Assembly: GCA_964187785.1 (NCBI GenBank)
Contig: OZ076409.1
Location: 26,042,001-26,106,000, forward strand
Reading direction: 5' to 3'
DNA from: Amphiscolops sp. MND2022
Lineage: Eukaryota
DNA: 64,000 nt
Part shown: positions 50,501 through 63,223 of the stretch, piece after piece
Numbering within the stretch: position 1 is the stretch's first letter
Layout: every line of letters begins with the position of its first letter
The notes under the pieces: generated by a model
The model's database searches: none
Seen by the model: the letters and a program-made list of their open reading frames with translations, nothing else
What the model was told of the DNA's origin: nothing
Program-made: the position numbers and the translations under genes

Positions 50501-52050
50501 TGAGAAAGTTGATATTTTTTAGCCAAAAACATATCGTGAAGCTGTCGAAAGCTCAGACAAAGCATTATGGTTAGTAGCAATGCAGCAAGAAATGAATGCT
50601 TTTGCTGAAAATGAAACTTGGAGTTTGGTAGAGAGACCAAAAGATAAAAATGTGATAAACGGAAAATGGGTCTTCAAAGTAAAACTGAATGAAGAAGGCG
50701 AAATAGACAAATATAAAGCAAGATATGTAGCTAAAGGCTATGCTCAAGTGGAAGGAGTTGATTTTAATGAAACATTCGCTCCAACATGTCGACCTGAAAC
50801 ATTCAGAACAGTGTTAGCGATAGCTGCAAGTAGAAATGTTAGCATAGAGCAAATGGATGTAAAGTCTGCATATTTACATTCTGAAATTCAAGAAGAAATT
50901 TACCTAGAGCAGCCTGAAGGATTTGAGAAAGGGAAAAATTTAGTGTGTAAACTGAAAAAGTCTATATATGGCTTGAGACAAGCAGCAAGAAATTGGTACA
51001 ATAAATTACATGATTTTTTGCTAGAAAAAGAAATGACAAAAAGTGCTAACGATCCGTGTCTATTCACAAGAAAAAGTCAAGATAACTTCCTGTACATCTT
51101 AACGTGGGTAGATGATTTTCTGATAGTGGGAAGTAAACCCGAGGACGTTCAAAAACTGAAATATAGTCTTTCCCAAAACTTTAAAATGGAAGATAGGGGC
51201 AAAATCAAACCCTTCTTAGGGCTCAGGATTAGCCAAAATGAAGATGGTATTAGTGTAGATCAGGAAATGTTCATCCAGAACGTGCTTAGAAGGTTCGGAA
51301 TGGAAGATTGTAAGCCTAATGAAACTCCAGCTGAGATGAATCTCAAATTAGAGAGAAGTAGCGAACCGAGTGTGATATAGACGTAACAGCTTATAGAAGT
51401 TTAGTTGGATCATTGCTTTATGTGTCAAAACAAACAAGTCCTGATGTCACTTGGATTACGAATCAGTTATCACGTCATATGCAAAGTCCAACGCAACAAC
51501 ATTGGATTGCAGCAAAAAGAGTTTTGCGATAACTGCAATTCACGAAGACAATGAAGATTGTTTATGACGGAAATTGCGACCTAATACTTCAAGGTGCATC
51601 AGATGCAGATTGGAGTGGAGATGCATCAGATCGGAAGTCAACCACTGGATTCTATTACAAGCTTAGTGACAGTAGCGGAGCAATCAGTTGGAAATGCAAA
51701 AAGCAAAACACAGTCGCCTTATCAAGTTGTGAGGCAGAGTACCATTCATTCCGCAGATGAAACCAACACAAATTGCGGAAGACAATCAGAGTTGCATAAA
51801 ACTATGTAACAATCCAGTATTCCATAAAAGGTCGAAACACATGTCGACAAAATTTCACTACATCAGAGAGAAAGTGGAAGATGGAAGTGTGGAAATATTC
51901 TATCAACCAATTGAAGAAATGGCAGCCGATATTTTCACCAAAGCACTGGGAAAACTGAAGCATGAGAAGCATCGAAACTATTTACTTGGAGAACACCTGT
52001 TGAAAGATGCAGACTTATCCTATAGTGGGAAATTACCTGGAAAAGTCTGA
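47573..52050 (+). pseudogene. Copia gag-pol with frameshifts and stops
   Basis: Two CCHC knuckles; protease LIDSGCTDH; WHKRLCH; integrase YTDIMGP, LRSDNAKEY, PQQNGVAER; RT QMDVKSAYL, WVDD; RNase H SDADW..RKSTTG, EAEY, EDNQSCI. Breaks at ~48287, 49937, 50522, 51380, 51531 and ~51750. Confidence 0.93.
49937..50197. mobile_element. 261-bp MITE (CAC..GTG ends, 3-bp TSD TTG; CMC/CACTA-like) containing a tRNA-like segment
   Basis: CACATGACGAAGTCAATG / CGTTGTCTTCGTCATGTG; minus-strand TGGCACAGTGG..GGTTCGAATC within ~50031-50104. Confidence 0.75.
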
Positions 52051-55000
52051 GTGGGGGTGTTGAGGTGATGACCTAAAAGAACATAGATGAATGCCCGAGA
52101 TGTAAACAGATCATTGAACTATAAATTAGCAAAGCAGGCGTGAAAACTTATTGACCTGTTGATGAGTAAACTTTGCTAATAAACACGTGCTTCCTATAAC
52201 TATTTAATTGTCCTGTCAAGTATTTGTTTGTAATTATTATCGACCAGAGTTGAGATCAATTCATTACCCCGGATTTGTGATTCTAATATTCAGTTGACTA
52301 TTAACTAATCTCTGTTTTCATCACGCTACGCGAAATACTGCGCGATAGACTAAATCCTGATCGTAACAGTAGAAAGTAGATTGTGAGGAATCTTGAACGG
52401 ATGATGTAGTAATACAAAAGTTGAAAAATCGAAAAATTTCAAACAAATTTGCAATTTACAATAGTTGAAAGTTCCATCTTCGCTTCATGTTTTACTGCCT
52501 ATCAACTGCACAATCATGCTTCTCTCCTTTTTGGGTTGAAGTTTCAACATCGATCGAAGTTTTTACATTTCATTTTACCTTCTCCTTGATGTTTCGTCCG
52601 GCGTTTTCATCAAAAGTTGCTCAAAAAGTTTATCTTCATACCATGTTGATCCTCAGTCTTCTGTATTTGGAAATAACATACATCACTAGTTAAAACGAAA
52701 TAACTATACTAACTTCAATTTTCATTTATCGTAGAGATTTACCTTTTGATGATCCTGTTATTGATATCCCGACAATTTTTTTCTTGAGAAAGTTAAGGCG
52801 ATTGAACTAAAATCAAATTGAAAAGAAGTTGATCATGAAGACTACTATTTATCTTCCATTTACAAAACGTTCATTTTCCGTCCATAAATCTTTATGGGAA
52901 ATTTTTAGGAGAATATTAACTCAGCGGAGCTTTGAGAAAAATTACCACGTCTCAATTTCATTCCCAAATTATTTATTCCACAGAATTTAGCTGCCTTAAC
53001 ATTAGGTTCGTGTTATCAGTAGAAGTTGAGAACTTGGAAATTTTTGGAAACCGTGCCTCAAATTACTACCAAAATGCCCCCAAAAATGCCAAGGTTTTCA
53101 AAAGCAAAAGTTTTTGCCACCAGTCGATCGAATGAATTTAGGGAAATTTCAAGAAAGCATTGTCTCAAGAGCTAATGTCAAATGATTGCAGCAAAACACG
53201 GCTGAATTTCTTAGTTGTTATTAATCCTGTTTCGAATTCGAAATGCCTCAAATTTAATTGTTTTTCGAGTATCTAAGATTATAAAACTGAATCTTGAAAA
53301 AACAACGAAAGTAAATCACTCTTTTTAGTGATGGTTGAAAGATTCACAAACCGAATGTGAGACGCATTTTGTGAAGTTCCAAACAAGGCCAACCATTTCG
53401 ACAAATTACTAACAATTGATCTTGAGAAAATTGACGACACTTTTGCACAGAACGTTTGCCTGTACTGATAACTATTTTGGATTGACTTTTTTGCCGATTG
53501 ATTATTCATCTCTCGTTTCTTGAACGGAACCAAAATATTCGGTATTTTCAATAAAAATACTCTGAGTTGAAAATGGTTTTCCGTTTCTCTTCCAAGGTTA
53601 AAAGAAGTTCGATCGTATTCAGAACTTTCTGAAAGTCCATCCAGAGCTGCAAGCTCGAAAAACATCTCAATCCTCCAGCTCTAAAAAGAAGTACTCCAAA
53701 CAGAAAGTAGTGACAGGTTCTACGAGAAAAACACCAGCGTTGACAACTATTTGTCGATGTTTACCTACTGAAGAAGCCCTTCCCTAAGTTTCAAGAGGTC
53801 AAATAGGTAAATGTAGTGTCTACGGGCAAGTTTTGCGACCAAGTAAACCAGCTGAGACGAATCTATTGATACATGATTGTAACCTTGTAGCGATCACCTT
53901 GCTTTGCTTACGTTCAAGGTTCAATAGATGACAAAGTCGAAGACTTCTTCAGAAAAAATAGTGACGAACATTCAAGAAATTGAAGCTTTTGCCAGCAAGC
54001 TATGCTACCATTCTGTTTGTTACTCTCTGCTGGGGCTAAACCGAATAAGGAATTTAAAAGTCCGTTTGTTTTTTTTCCAGAATGTTTCCCAGAAACAACG
54101 ACTTCCAACGTCAACATTAAACTCACTGTAAACCACACCACTTCTTACTATTCAGAGACTCAAATACCTCACAGGGTCTTTTTTGAATGGGTTTTGGCTG
54201 CCCGAGAAGCCTGCCAAAAAATGGACGCCCCAAGACGGCGCCCCGCTTAAAGCTCGAATAGCGCAATCTTTTCAGCCTGTTTCTAAGAAAAATCTCAAAA
54301 AATTCACTGTCAAAAAATTTGAGCGCGCTTGTGGCTTAAACGCTTTTCCTAAACTGGAAATGTCAAAAACCCAAATCGGTGAGTATATCTTCTCTTGAAA
54401 AGTCGCACAGTGCTGAAAAATTCCAACGAGGGCCTTTTAGGCTCAAACTTATTTTCCCCATCTGTAAACATTTTTAAAAATTGGAGACCATTCAGTGAAA
54501 AAAAATCGGGAAAAAAGTCGGTCGTTGTCCAGAAAAGCATTGTCTGGAACTAAAGTTGGCTCTATATTTGAGGCTCAAAAAGCGCAAAAGTTAATTATTC
54601 TCAGGACTTTTCAATTGAAAAACGTACAAACAAGTGCCGAAACACCCGAACGGTGCCTTTCGTGCTCGGGAAACGCTTCAAACGTTCCAGATCTAGCGTG
54701 CTTGGCCATATGCCACATGGCACCGCTTTTTTCGAATCTCGGGCTCCTCCTGATTAAAGCGCAATTTACTTCGGATCTAACGTCAAAATTCGGATACATC
54801 GCACTAATTTCGATCCTCCGCTTCCTCATTAGTAAAATGCAATTTACTTCGGATACAACGTGCTCAGACAAATTGGAGCGCTTTTTCGACCCTACTCTTC
54901 CGCAGTGAAACAAATTACTTCGGATATAACGTCCACAGTTCAAATAGAGCGTGCTGGGACCAACGGGAGGGCTTGTTTTCGAACCGCCTCCTCTTTAGTA

Positions 55001-55488
55001 AAACGCAATATAGTTAGAATATAACGTCAAAAATTCGGATGGTATTGAAAAAATAATTGGTGGATAAATATTGAGAAAACCAAATATCAGACAAAAAATT
55101 AACCTTTTGAACAGTCTCATAGTGCCGAAAAAAGAAAAAAGAGGATCCTGTGGGACTTTTTAGCATCCATGCTCTGGCAAATTATCACAAAAATTGAGGG
55201 GGGCCTTTGAAGACATTTTTAAAATTTCGAAAAGAGTCTCACAATGCCGAAAAAATCAGCAGGGTGGACCTTTTATTTAGTCTCGTTCGGTTTTGCATGC
55301 TACGTTAAAAAAAACGAAAAAAATGAAGGGAATTCTTTGCACAAACTTAGATGCGTTTCCGCAGGCCGGACTTGGCTGGTCCAGTAGTTTAGTAGTTTTA
55401 GTGGTTTCTGTAAAAAGTGTCCACTACGCGTGCATTCTGTTATCTGACGAAACGAACTACTAAAATGCGCTAACTAAAAATCACCTTG

Positions 55489-55718
55489 AGTCTGGCACGA
55501 TGCACAAAAAAACATGGTCATCGATGGGAAAAATGCATACAGAGATTTTTTATGAATTTCAAAGCCGCGTTCAACGCGGCTTTGAAATTCATAAAAAATC
55601 TCTGTATGCATTTTTCCCATCGATGACCATGTTTTTTTGTGCATCGTGCCAGACTTTTCAAGTGTTGTGGGTTTCAGCTTAACAAGTTGTTAAGCTGAAA
55701 CCCACAACACTTGAAAAG
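55489..55718. repeat. Two abutting perfect palindromes (83-bp arms centred on 55572; 32-bp arms centred on 55686)
   Basis: Read directly; each has a 1-nt spacer. Confidence 0.95.
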
Positions 55719-56831
55719 AAAGCTCAGTCGAAACAAAGAGATCAATAGCGCAGACGGCCGAGGTGTAAAATGGTGGGCTGGTAAGTAATGGACTTCTGCT
55801 GCTGAGATACTACGTAATAAATTTCGGAAAATGCCAAATGTCAAAAATAAGTTACCTTTGGTAATTTTTGTTTAACTTCAAAGCGAAAAATACCCCTGTT
55901 ATTCTGATTGAGAGTTGGGAAAGATTTACTCTTGGGACTTTTAGTGTCAAATGATCGTGTAAAATTTCTTCGCTAGCGAAATCGAGTGTCTTAGGCTTTC
56001 TCGTACCCTGGTGTACATCCCAAATAAATTTCGGTGAATAGAACGGAACTTCCATCCGTGAATTTTACATTAGGAGCTCTATCTACTGAATGTTACACTA
56101 AAGTATGGCTAATCGAGTAAGAAATCTCAGAGGTGTTACAGTTTGGAGCCCGTCAATGAAATTCGGTCAGCCACCTGAAAAGTCCTCCAATTCTATAGGG
56201 AGTCTTCTCAGTACTATGCAAGGACTTCTGAAGTGCTGAAGCTTAACCTGCTAAATCACAGTCCTCCTACGCATCATTCAATTAGTTATTTACTGAACAC
56301 CCAAACTGGTTTCACTGCTCCAGGGAGCCTCACATCATGTCAAGCCCATCTTGATAAGATCGTATTACGTTGATGTCAATCATGAATGGTACTCTTGCTA
56401 GTATTCGTTCTCCGTTCTTTTGCTTGATTTACAAACTTCACCAGAATTTTGTATTCAAACCTTTGGCATTTAAAAGAGTTTCGAACATTTAACGTGAATT
56501 ATGAGCACCTGATGTAATAATTTTCTAGACTGTAAAAGACAATTGGTTGTGAAATAGAGAATAATTTTTAAAAGTTTTTTTGTTTTTTTGGGAATACTTC
56601 AGAAAAGCTAAACATTTTCAAGATTGAAAGAAAGCTGAACTCAGGATCAAGGATCAAAGAAATTTTGGAAGAGAAATCCAAATAGTTTTTAAAGGTATTT
56701 ACGAAGGTTAAATAGTTATTGTGCTTCTTTACGTGATGAGAATATCAGATATCAGATTAATATTGTTCTTTTTGAGTCATCGCTGATCTTTCTCCAAGCC
56801 TTTAGTATTATCGATAATTTTGTATCGGAGA

Positions 56832-57934
56832 TCACATAGAGAACAAAGGCAAGTCCATGAAGCAAACTGAAATCTTGCGATTCACTTCAAATTCAAGAGG
56901 CATCTCTTCTGTTTTGCCTCCGATGCAATTTGCAGGACCCGTGAAAAACACTTCATTTTCTAAGATTCTGAGTCTCTTCTCAAACCAGATACACGCTTGG
57001 CCACCCCAATACCTGGTGATAACCTCTTTTCCATCTGTGCTTCTCAGCAGTACATTTCCATGCTCATCGCGCGACGTTTCATAACCCAGGTACAGAAACT
57101 GCTTTGGTTCGTTTTGAGGTGCCTCGAGCCAACCTCTTGAGAACAGGTAGTATCTCCAAACATAGTCAATTTCTGCCTCGTCGCGAGGATAAAAAAGTGT
57201 CGCTTGCTTTGTTTCACAAGACGAAACATGACTGGTGAAATTTACACCTGAGCCGGAATGCTCTATGAAAAAGAAACATCTCAGGAAGTGAACATTTATA
57301 TGCCCGTGATTATCGCCGCATTTTTTCTCTACATTTGTTGATTGGATTATGTCTTCCAAAGCTTCATTCAGTACAATTTTCTCCCCAGATAAACTGTTCA
57401 ACTTTCGCCGGCCTCCCAAAAAAGGATGTTCCATGCTCTGCAGGTAAAAAACTACCAAAATACAAATAACACATAACTTGAGCACAGCCAAAAGAGCAAA
57501 ATATCTGCGAAAAAGATAGTTTCCTCTAGATTTTTTAGAAATGCGGGTTTTTTGAGGCAATGATTGCTGCTGTGTTTTAGATGTCTCGTTTTCCGGTTTT
57601 TCAACTCTGTTCATCAACAGGCTCTTGAAAAAAGTTCCCATGGCTATTTGGAATGGTTTGAAGATGATAAGCAACAAAAACGGATTGGCTTGTGAGTAAA
57701 TCATCTGAATCGTAACTCTGTAGAGAGCTACATACTTATAAAGCGAGTATGCCAAAGTTGGCTCCGTGAATCTTCCTTTCTCTGTTAAATCAACTAGCAG
57801 CATGACGTAATTTGGAGACCAGCTGATCACCCAAATAACCAAACTGATGCTGAAAGCTATAGACAAATTCCGATTGCGCTCCTCATTCCTCTCACGTTTC
57901 ATTATCACTCTGCAAATGCCAATGTAAAAGTAAC
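56832..57934 (-). CDS. GPCR exon 3: end of TM5, TM6-7, extra TM, C-type-lectin-like domain
   Basis: YFYIGICRVI; WVISWSPNY; YSQANPFLL; hydrophobic YFALLAVLKLCVICILVVFY; C..RCFFF...NFTSHVSSCETKQATLFYPRDEAEIDYV...YLG. Confidence 0.75.
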
Positions 57935-58257
57935 CTACCGGTCGCGGGGGTGTTAAAGCAAATGTGATTACAACAATAGCTTTCCTGGTTTTTTTTTAAA
58001 TACCAGAATCAAAGAACTCGATAGTATTTCGGGTACAGAATCGAACTATTTAAAAACGAAACGTTCTGTAGTATTCATTAGCACGCGTTTTTCATTCTAA
58101 TGGTCCTGGGTGTAATCCTTCCCGTGATTCGGTGAAAAATTAAAGAATAGTTTTACTTGATGCAAGTTGAATCCCGCGAGGACATGGCTTAATAGTTTTT
58201 GATGAAATTTGGGAAAAATCAAGGAAAACTGCGAGCTTTTTCCTATTTTTTACACCC

Positions 58258-58566
58258 CTGAAACGCTAGCTGGTATGACGAAAAAAATTAATGCTTCGAC
58301 GAGTACTCTGTTCCGTTCCCGATAGAGGAATCCTTGACAGTTGAGGTTGAAATTGCTGATGCTGAAATGCAGTTCCCCATACTCCGCGTTGTAATTGCGG
58401 ACGCTCTGGTAGTCGAAAAAATCAGGAATCTCTAGGTTCATTCTTATGGCATTGGCGATTATTCCTGAACAAGTCAGTAAGGTTATGAATATTGAAATCA
58501 TCCACAAGACTTTTGTAGTCAAGATTTTTGACGTTGGGTGACACACAAGAACGTAGCGAATGAAAG
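58258..58566 (-). CDS. GPCR exon 2: end of TM3 to TM5
   Basis: AFIRYVLVCHP (DRY-like), TM4, ECL2 Cys, LIFFVIP. Confidence 0.8.
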
Positions 58567-59644
58567 CTGTGTTCAAGTAAGGGATGGGAATATATTGATT
58601 CATTTTCAATGCTCTTCCTGAGAAAAATACCTACTATTTGTTTCATCTCGCACAAAAATTAAGGCCAAATCATAATTTCACATGTCTATTAACTACCGTA
58701 TTATTGAAAGAAACAGTTCGATTTCAATTAGTTTGTTATGTATGTCATAAAAAATATTGAATCATTTCTCGAAATAAAACTTGAAATTCAAGGTTGTTTC
58801 CGTTATCCACAAGAGTTAGTAACAAACTCCTTGCATTCATTGATTCAGCTAAGTGAAATACCAGTCACGCACTTTTGGCACTCAGATAACGACGCCACTT
58901 AGTGCAAAAGGTCTTGGAACTCTTGACAAGATCTTGCATATTCCCCGTTTATTCTTGAAAGCCTTAATACGATCTTGTTTATTACGAGCTTGCTTTAAAA
59001 CGAGCTCCTTGCATTACAAAAGCCTCCTTGTCGCAGGGCTATCCGTGCAGCACCGTGAAAAGCATTCAACCCCTCACCCAATTCAAAATACCCGAAGCCT
59101 CAATAAACTCTAAATCCCCGAAACGGATGCCACAAACCATCAAACTTTTACTTCAACTTTAGATTGCTCAAAATATTTGTTGTTATGTTTTGTTGTTGCG
59201 CGTTAATGAACTGAATCGTCTGCAAGGCGGGAGTAACGATATTGTTGCTCTATACAGGTCAAATCTCGACTTTTAGCTACATTACCTCATTTGTGAAACC
59301 GTGGTATCTTATTTGTATCACTCCGTAACATATTAAAATTTGCAGGACGATTACAGCATAAGTATGAGGAAATCTTTTAAAAACAGTAGGATGTTCTGAT
59401 CAGAAAACAGCATTACGATGACACACGCGCCGGTTCTCAAGCATTATGCTGCATTATGGGGTTTGTATAACACAGCATATGCGTAATTTCTGTTGAAACA
59501 GCTTGATGAATATTCACGCGTTGGTGCTCACATATTATACTGTTTCATGCTATTTGCATAAAACAGCATTTGCCGAACAAAACGCCCGCCAAGCACCTGC
59601 ATACTTTCCGCTAAAACTGTAACGCATCAGCGACATCGTATCTC

Positions 59645-60885
59645 CTAGGCAAACGCACTACCAACTACGCCATGGCGACTAGACTTAATTGATTGGAGTG
59701 GTGTTAAGTGGAGTTTTGGCAGAATTTGGAAAAAAAACGCAACACAGACAATAATTCTCATCCCCCATTATATGTGGACGAAAAATCAATAGTGTTGAAA
59801 AAAAACAACATCGTTTGAGCGATACTTTCAACTAATGCGCCGCTGTCACAGCGTTATATTTAGACTTTCTTTGTAAAGGTTGTAAAGGTATTTTTTCGTA
59901 GTATTGGCCCTAGGAACAAAAGTTAATATGAGAACTGTTTGAACGGTAATAATGTTACCAAAAATAACGTCCAATAAAATCACTTAGGAAAAAACTCTGA
60001 AGAAACATAAATTTATAATCATTCACCTGAAGTACTTGAACAAAACAGCTGCCAAATTAAACAAACAACCTCTCTTCAGTGCTAACTGAAAGCTCAACTT
60101 TCTCAACAGTTTCTCGTTCTGTACGCGATATTTTTTTCTGGGATTTCAGTTCACCCACTTTGTTCAAACTTTGAAGAAATCCGCGCCTAACTTTGTTTTC
60201 ATCATGGGAAATAACAGAAATAGGCGCGATCAAGGAGAGTTGAATCTAAATCTCTAGATAGAGGAAAACACTTCAGAAACAAGCTCCGTATATGATCAAT
60301 CGACTTTATTTACAGTTTATGAAAATGTTGATTGTATTTCTTACGAAAATTTAGGCAGTGAATTGATTGAACCTTCACAAACTAGCAATGAAACAGAAAT
60401 TGTTTCTCAAAGACTGGCAGAGCAAGACAACACAAAAACTCCTAATAAGAACCTTGGTAACAGTCTTATCAAGGGTGTCAAGAAACTGTCTACCTAGTGA
60501 AACAAACAACATTACTACACTACTATACTATTACTACATTACTACTATACTAGGCAGACGCACTACCAACTACGCCATGGCGCCATGGCGACTAGATTTT
60601 ATTGAATGGAGTGGAGTGGTGTTAAGTGGATTTTGGCAGAATTTGGAAAAAAACGCAACACAGACAATAATTATCTTCCCCCATTATATGTGGACGAAAA
60701 ATAATAAGTGTTGAAAAAAACAACATCATTTGAGCGATACTTTCAACTAATGCGCCGCTGTCACAGCGCTATATTTATACCTTCTTTGTAAATGATGTAA
60801 AGGTATTTTTTCGTAGTTTTGGCCCTAGAAACATTAGATTTTTATGAAAAGTGTTTGAACGGTGAGAATGTTACCAAAAATAACA
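59645..60885. repeat. Two ~325-bp direct repeat copies (59645-~59968, 60550-~60885) within GPCR intron 1
   Basis: ctaggca.acgcactaccaactacgccatggcg ... aatgttaccaaaaataac in both. Confidence 0.85.
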
Positions 60886-62241
60886 GTTACCGTGAGAAAA
60901 ACAGGAAAGGAACGATGTTCATGATAGTCTTATGAAAACACTCTCGGACATGGCAGCAACAAATTCTGATAATTACGAACAAGAATCGTGTGTGATTTTT
61001 GTCAAAAAATTTTTAATATTAGAAGAAATTAAAAATTGGTGTCTCAATTCCGAAGCGAAAAATTCACAGAAAAGAAACGAATCTCTCAGAAAGAAAACAA
61101 AATCCTTTGTTAAAATCTCAATCATTCGCTGCAGGTAGATTATACTGCACTACGAGTACAATTTGGCTGAGAGTCGAACCATTCGGCTTTTTATCTGAGA
61201 GGAGGTCAAATTTCGAATTAGGTGTTTGGGATGTTCTCCGGGAGATTGTCTTCTTGCGAACCGACCTCGAAATTCCAATGGCATTAAGGTCTGACATCTC
61301 GAGGAGCCTAAAATAAGAATGAGTAGCTCACGAGCTAAGAATCAGAGCTAAGACCATTGTACAGCAACGGGAAAAGGGACACAAGCACTGTATTCTAAAT
61401 TAAGCAGAAAGACTCATTTTCCACTATTTTTGACAGTCAGTAGCAACATGCTAAGCAGTGCGCAAGTTTCAATCTAAATTCAGTCTCAGCGTATTTAGCA
61501 CTTGGCTAATTGAGTCTTTTTACGCATAGTTCTTTCGTTTTTTTTCGGGTCAGCTTTCGGGTGTCTCTGTCTCTTTCTAGTGATTTCGTCCTTTTCAATT
61601 CTGGTATTTGAACTGACACGGGCACCATTAGAGATAAATTATAGTCCGGTCGAATTTTCCAACTGTTGAGCATGTCTATAATAGGAAGACGTTACATATA
61701 ACTTTTTCAGCACTTGTGGTCTGGAATTTCAGTAAGTTCCGGGTCCGATTTTGAAGCAAATCGTTGATGTTTAGATTGTTTTCTACATAACATTAACCTT
61801 CGATCGATTGCACGCCTGTAGCATGTTCATTTTAATGAAACGGCGGTTCTAGAATGTAATTTTGATAAAATCGCTTCTTTCAGGGGCGTCATACAAAACT
61901 TTTTTCAACGGTTGCAAAGGCATCGCAGTGAGGTGATATTTTTTTGAAAATGATATTTTTTTGTGAAAAAGAAACAAATTTTCTCACAAAACCAGGTAAT
62001 TCTTTTTTGTTGGTTCACATCAAAAATTGAGGTTTCTTCGGGCTTATTTCAGTATTCAGAACACTTTCGACTTTTGAGCGTCTTACAAAAGACGAAGAAA
62101 TTCCAACATTAGTTTTGTTTTCTTTCTGTAGATTTAAGCAATTGATCTTTTTTGCTGTTTTGGCAGCTTATTCGAGGCAACTTCTTCATTCTCGTTTGTA
62201 AAGTTTGTCCACATTTTTTTAGCAAAACGGTTTTCTCATCC

Positions 62242-62863
62242 CTGTGCCGACAATGCACCATCCTGTCGAGTACTCATTCAACATTGATCGTAGGAAGATA
62301 ATAATACACCCCGAGTATGAGTTTTCAGAACCATGCATAGATCTCTCAAACACATTTTCGGAGGATTTAAGCAAAAATATCAAAGAAAACTTGAATGTCT
62401 TCTTCACTTCTCTCACCATATTGTAGCCTCGAACTTCAGCCATGAAATTGGCAACTCCAGGGCCAATTAGATCTGTTGCAGCTTGGATGCACAGAGGCAA
62501 AAACTTTAGATCCCGAAGTTCCTTCTCGGTCAAGCAGAACACAATCAATGATAAGTTCAAGAAAATGCAGGAAACACTCAGCATGCAGCTTCCAACTGCT
62601 TTCCACAGAAACGAAGGGTACACAATTTCCCACGAGTCGAAATCATAGTAAGAGTCTTCGAATCGGTCCGGGGGAATCCCCTCTGTTCCCTGGGGTGATG
62701 TAGTTATACTTTCTGGAGTCGATGACCATCCAGAATGCCAATGTCCAGGAGGATACCACCATGTGGAAAAATGAGGCAGGGTGGGGAAGTGTGATCCAGA
62801 TTGTTCGTAGCTCCTTGGATATGCGCTCCCAAATTGCGGCATTGAGCTATGTATTGAGCCCAT
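62242..62863 (-). CDS. Rhodopsin-like GPCR exon 1: N-terminus to TM3
   Basis: TM1 CIFLNLSLIV, LR, TM2 QAATDLIG, TM3 C..FLRSMLNEYSTGWCIVGT. Confidence 0.8.
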
Positions 62864-63223
62864 TGTATGCGTTTGAATTTCTGTAGACGCTGTGTTAAAA
62901 ACAGATAGTTTTCAGCTCATTAATTATTTGACAATACAACAGAAATCGAAAAACTGGCAATTCTCTGCAAATATTTTTTCTTGTTTACCTTGAATTAGAG
63001 CAGACTGCAATATTCGTTCTAGTAGAGCATAAAACGGAATATCGATTGGGTGATGCAACGTATAATGTGGTCTTGGGACGGTAAGAAACTTGTGCGTCAT
63101 ATAAGTGAGTTATTTGGGCAATATCAATTGAACTGACTCGAAAACAATAAACCGAACCCACACTTTTATTTTCAGGTCCGAAAAAAGTTGGAAGCTTTCA
63201 AACATCACTTGTTCGAAACAATC

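Larger units (their letters stand above)
32722..52368 (+). mobile_element. Ty1/Copia LTR retrotransposon (disabled), carrying nested Maverick and MITE
   Basis: 311-bp LTRs at 32722-33032 and 52058-52368 (about 3 differences by eye); PBS GGTTATGTTGCCCAG (copia-type); PPT GAGTGGGGG; gag-PR-IN-RT-RH order. Confidence 0.95.

Noticed and set aside
54655..55030. Loose repeats of caatttacttcggat as a regulatory array
   Set aside because: Few, degenerate and irregular units; most likely the interior of an unclassified non-autonomous repeat.
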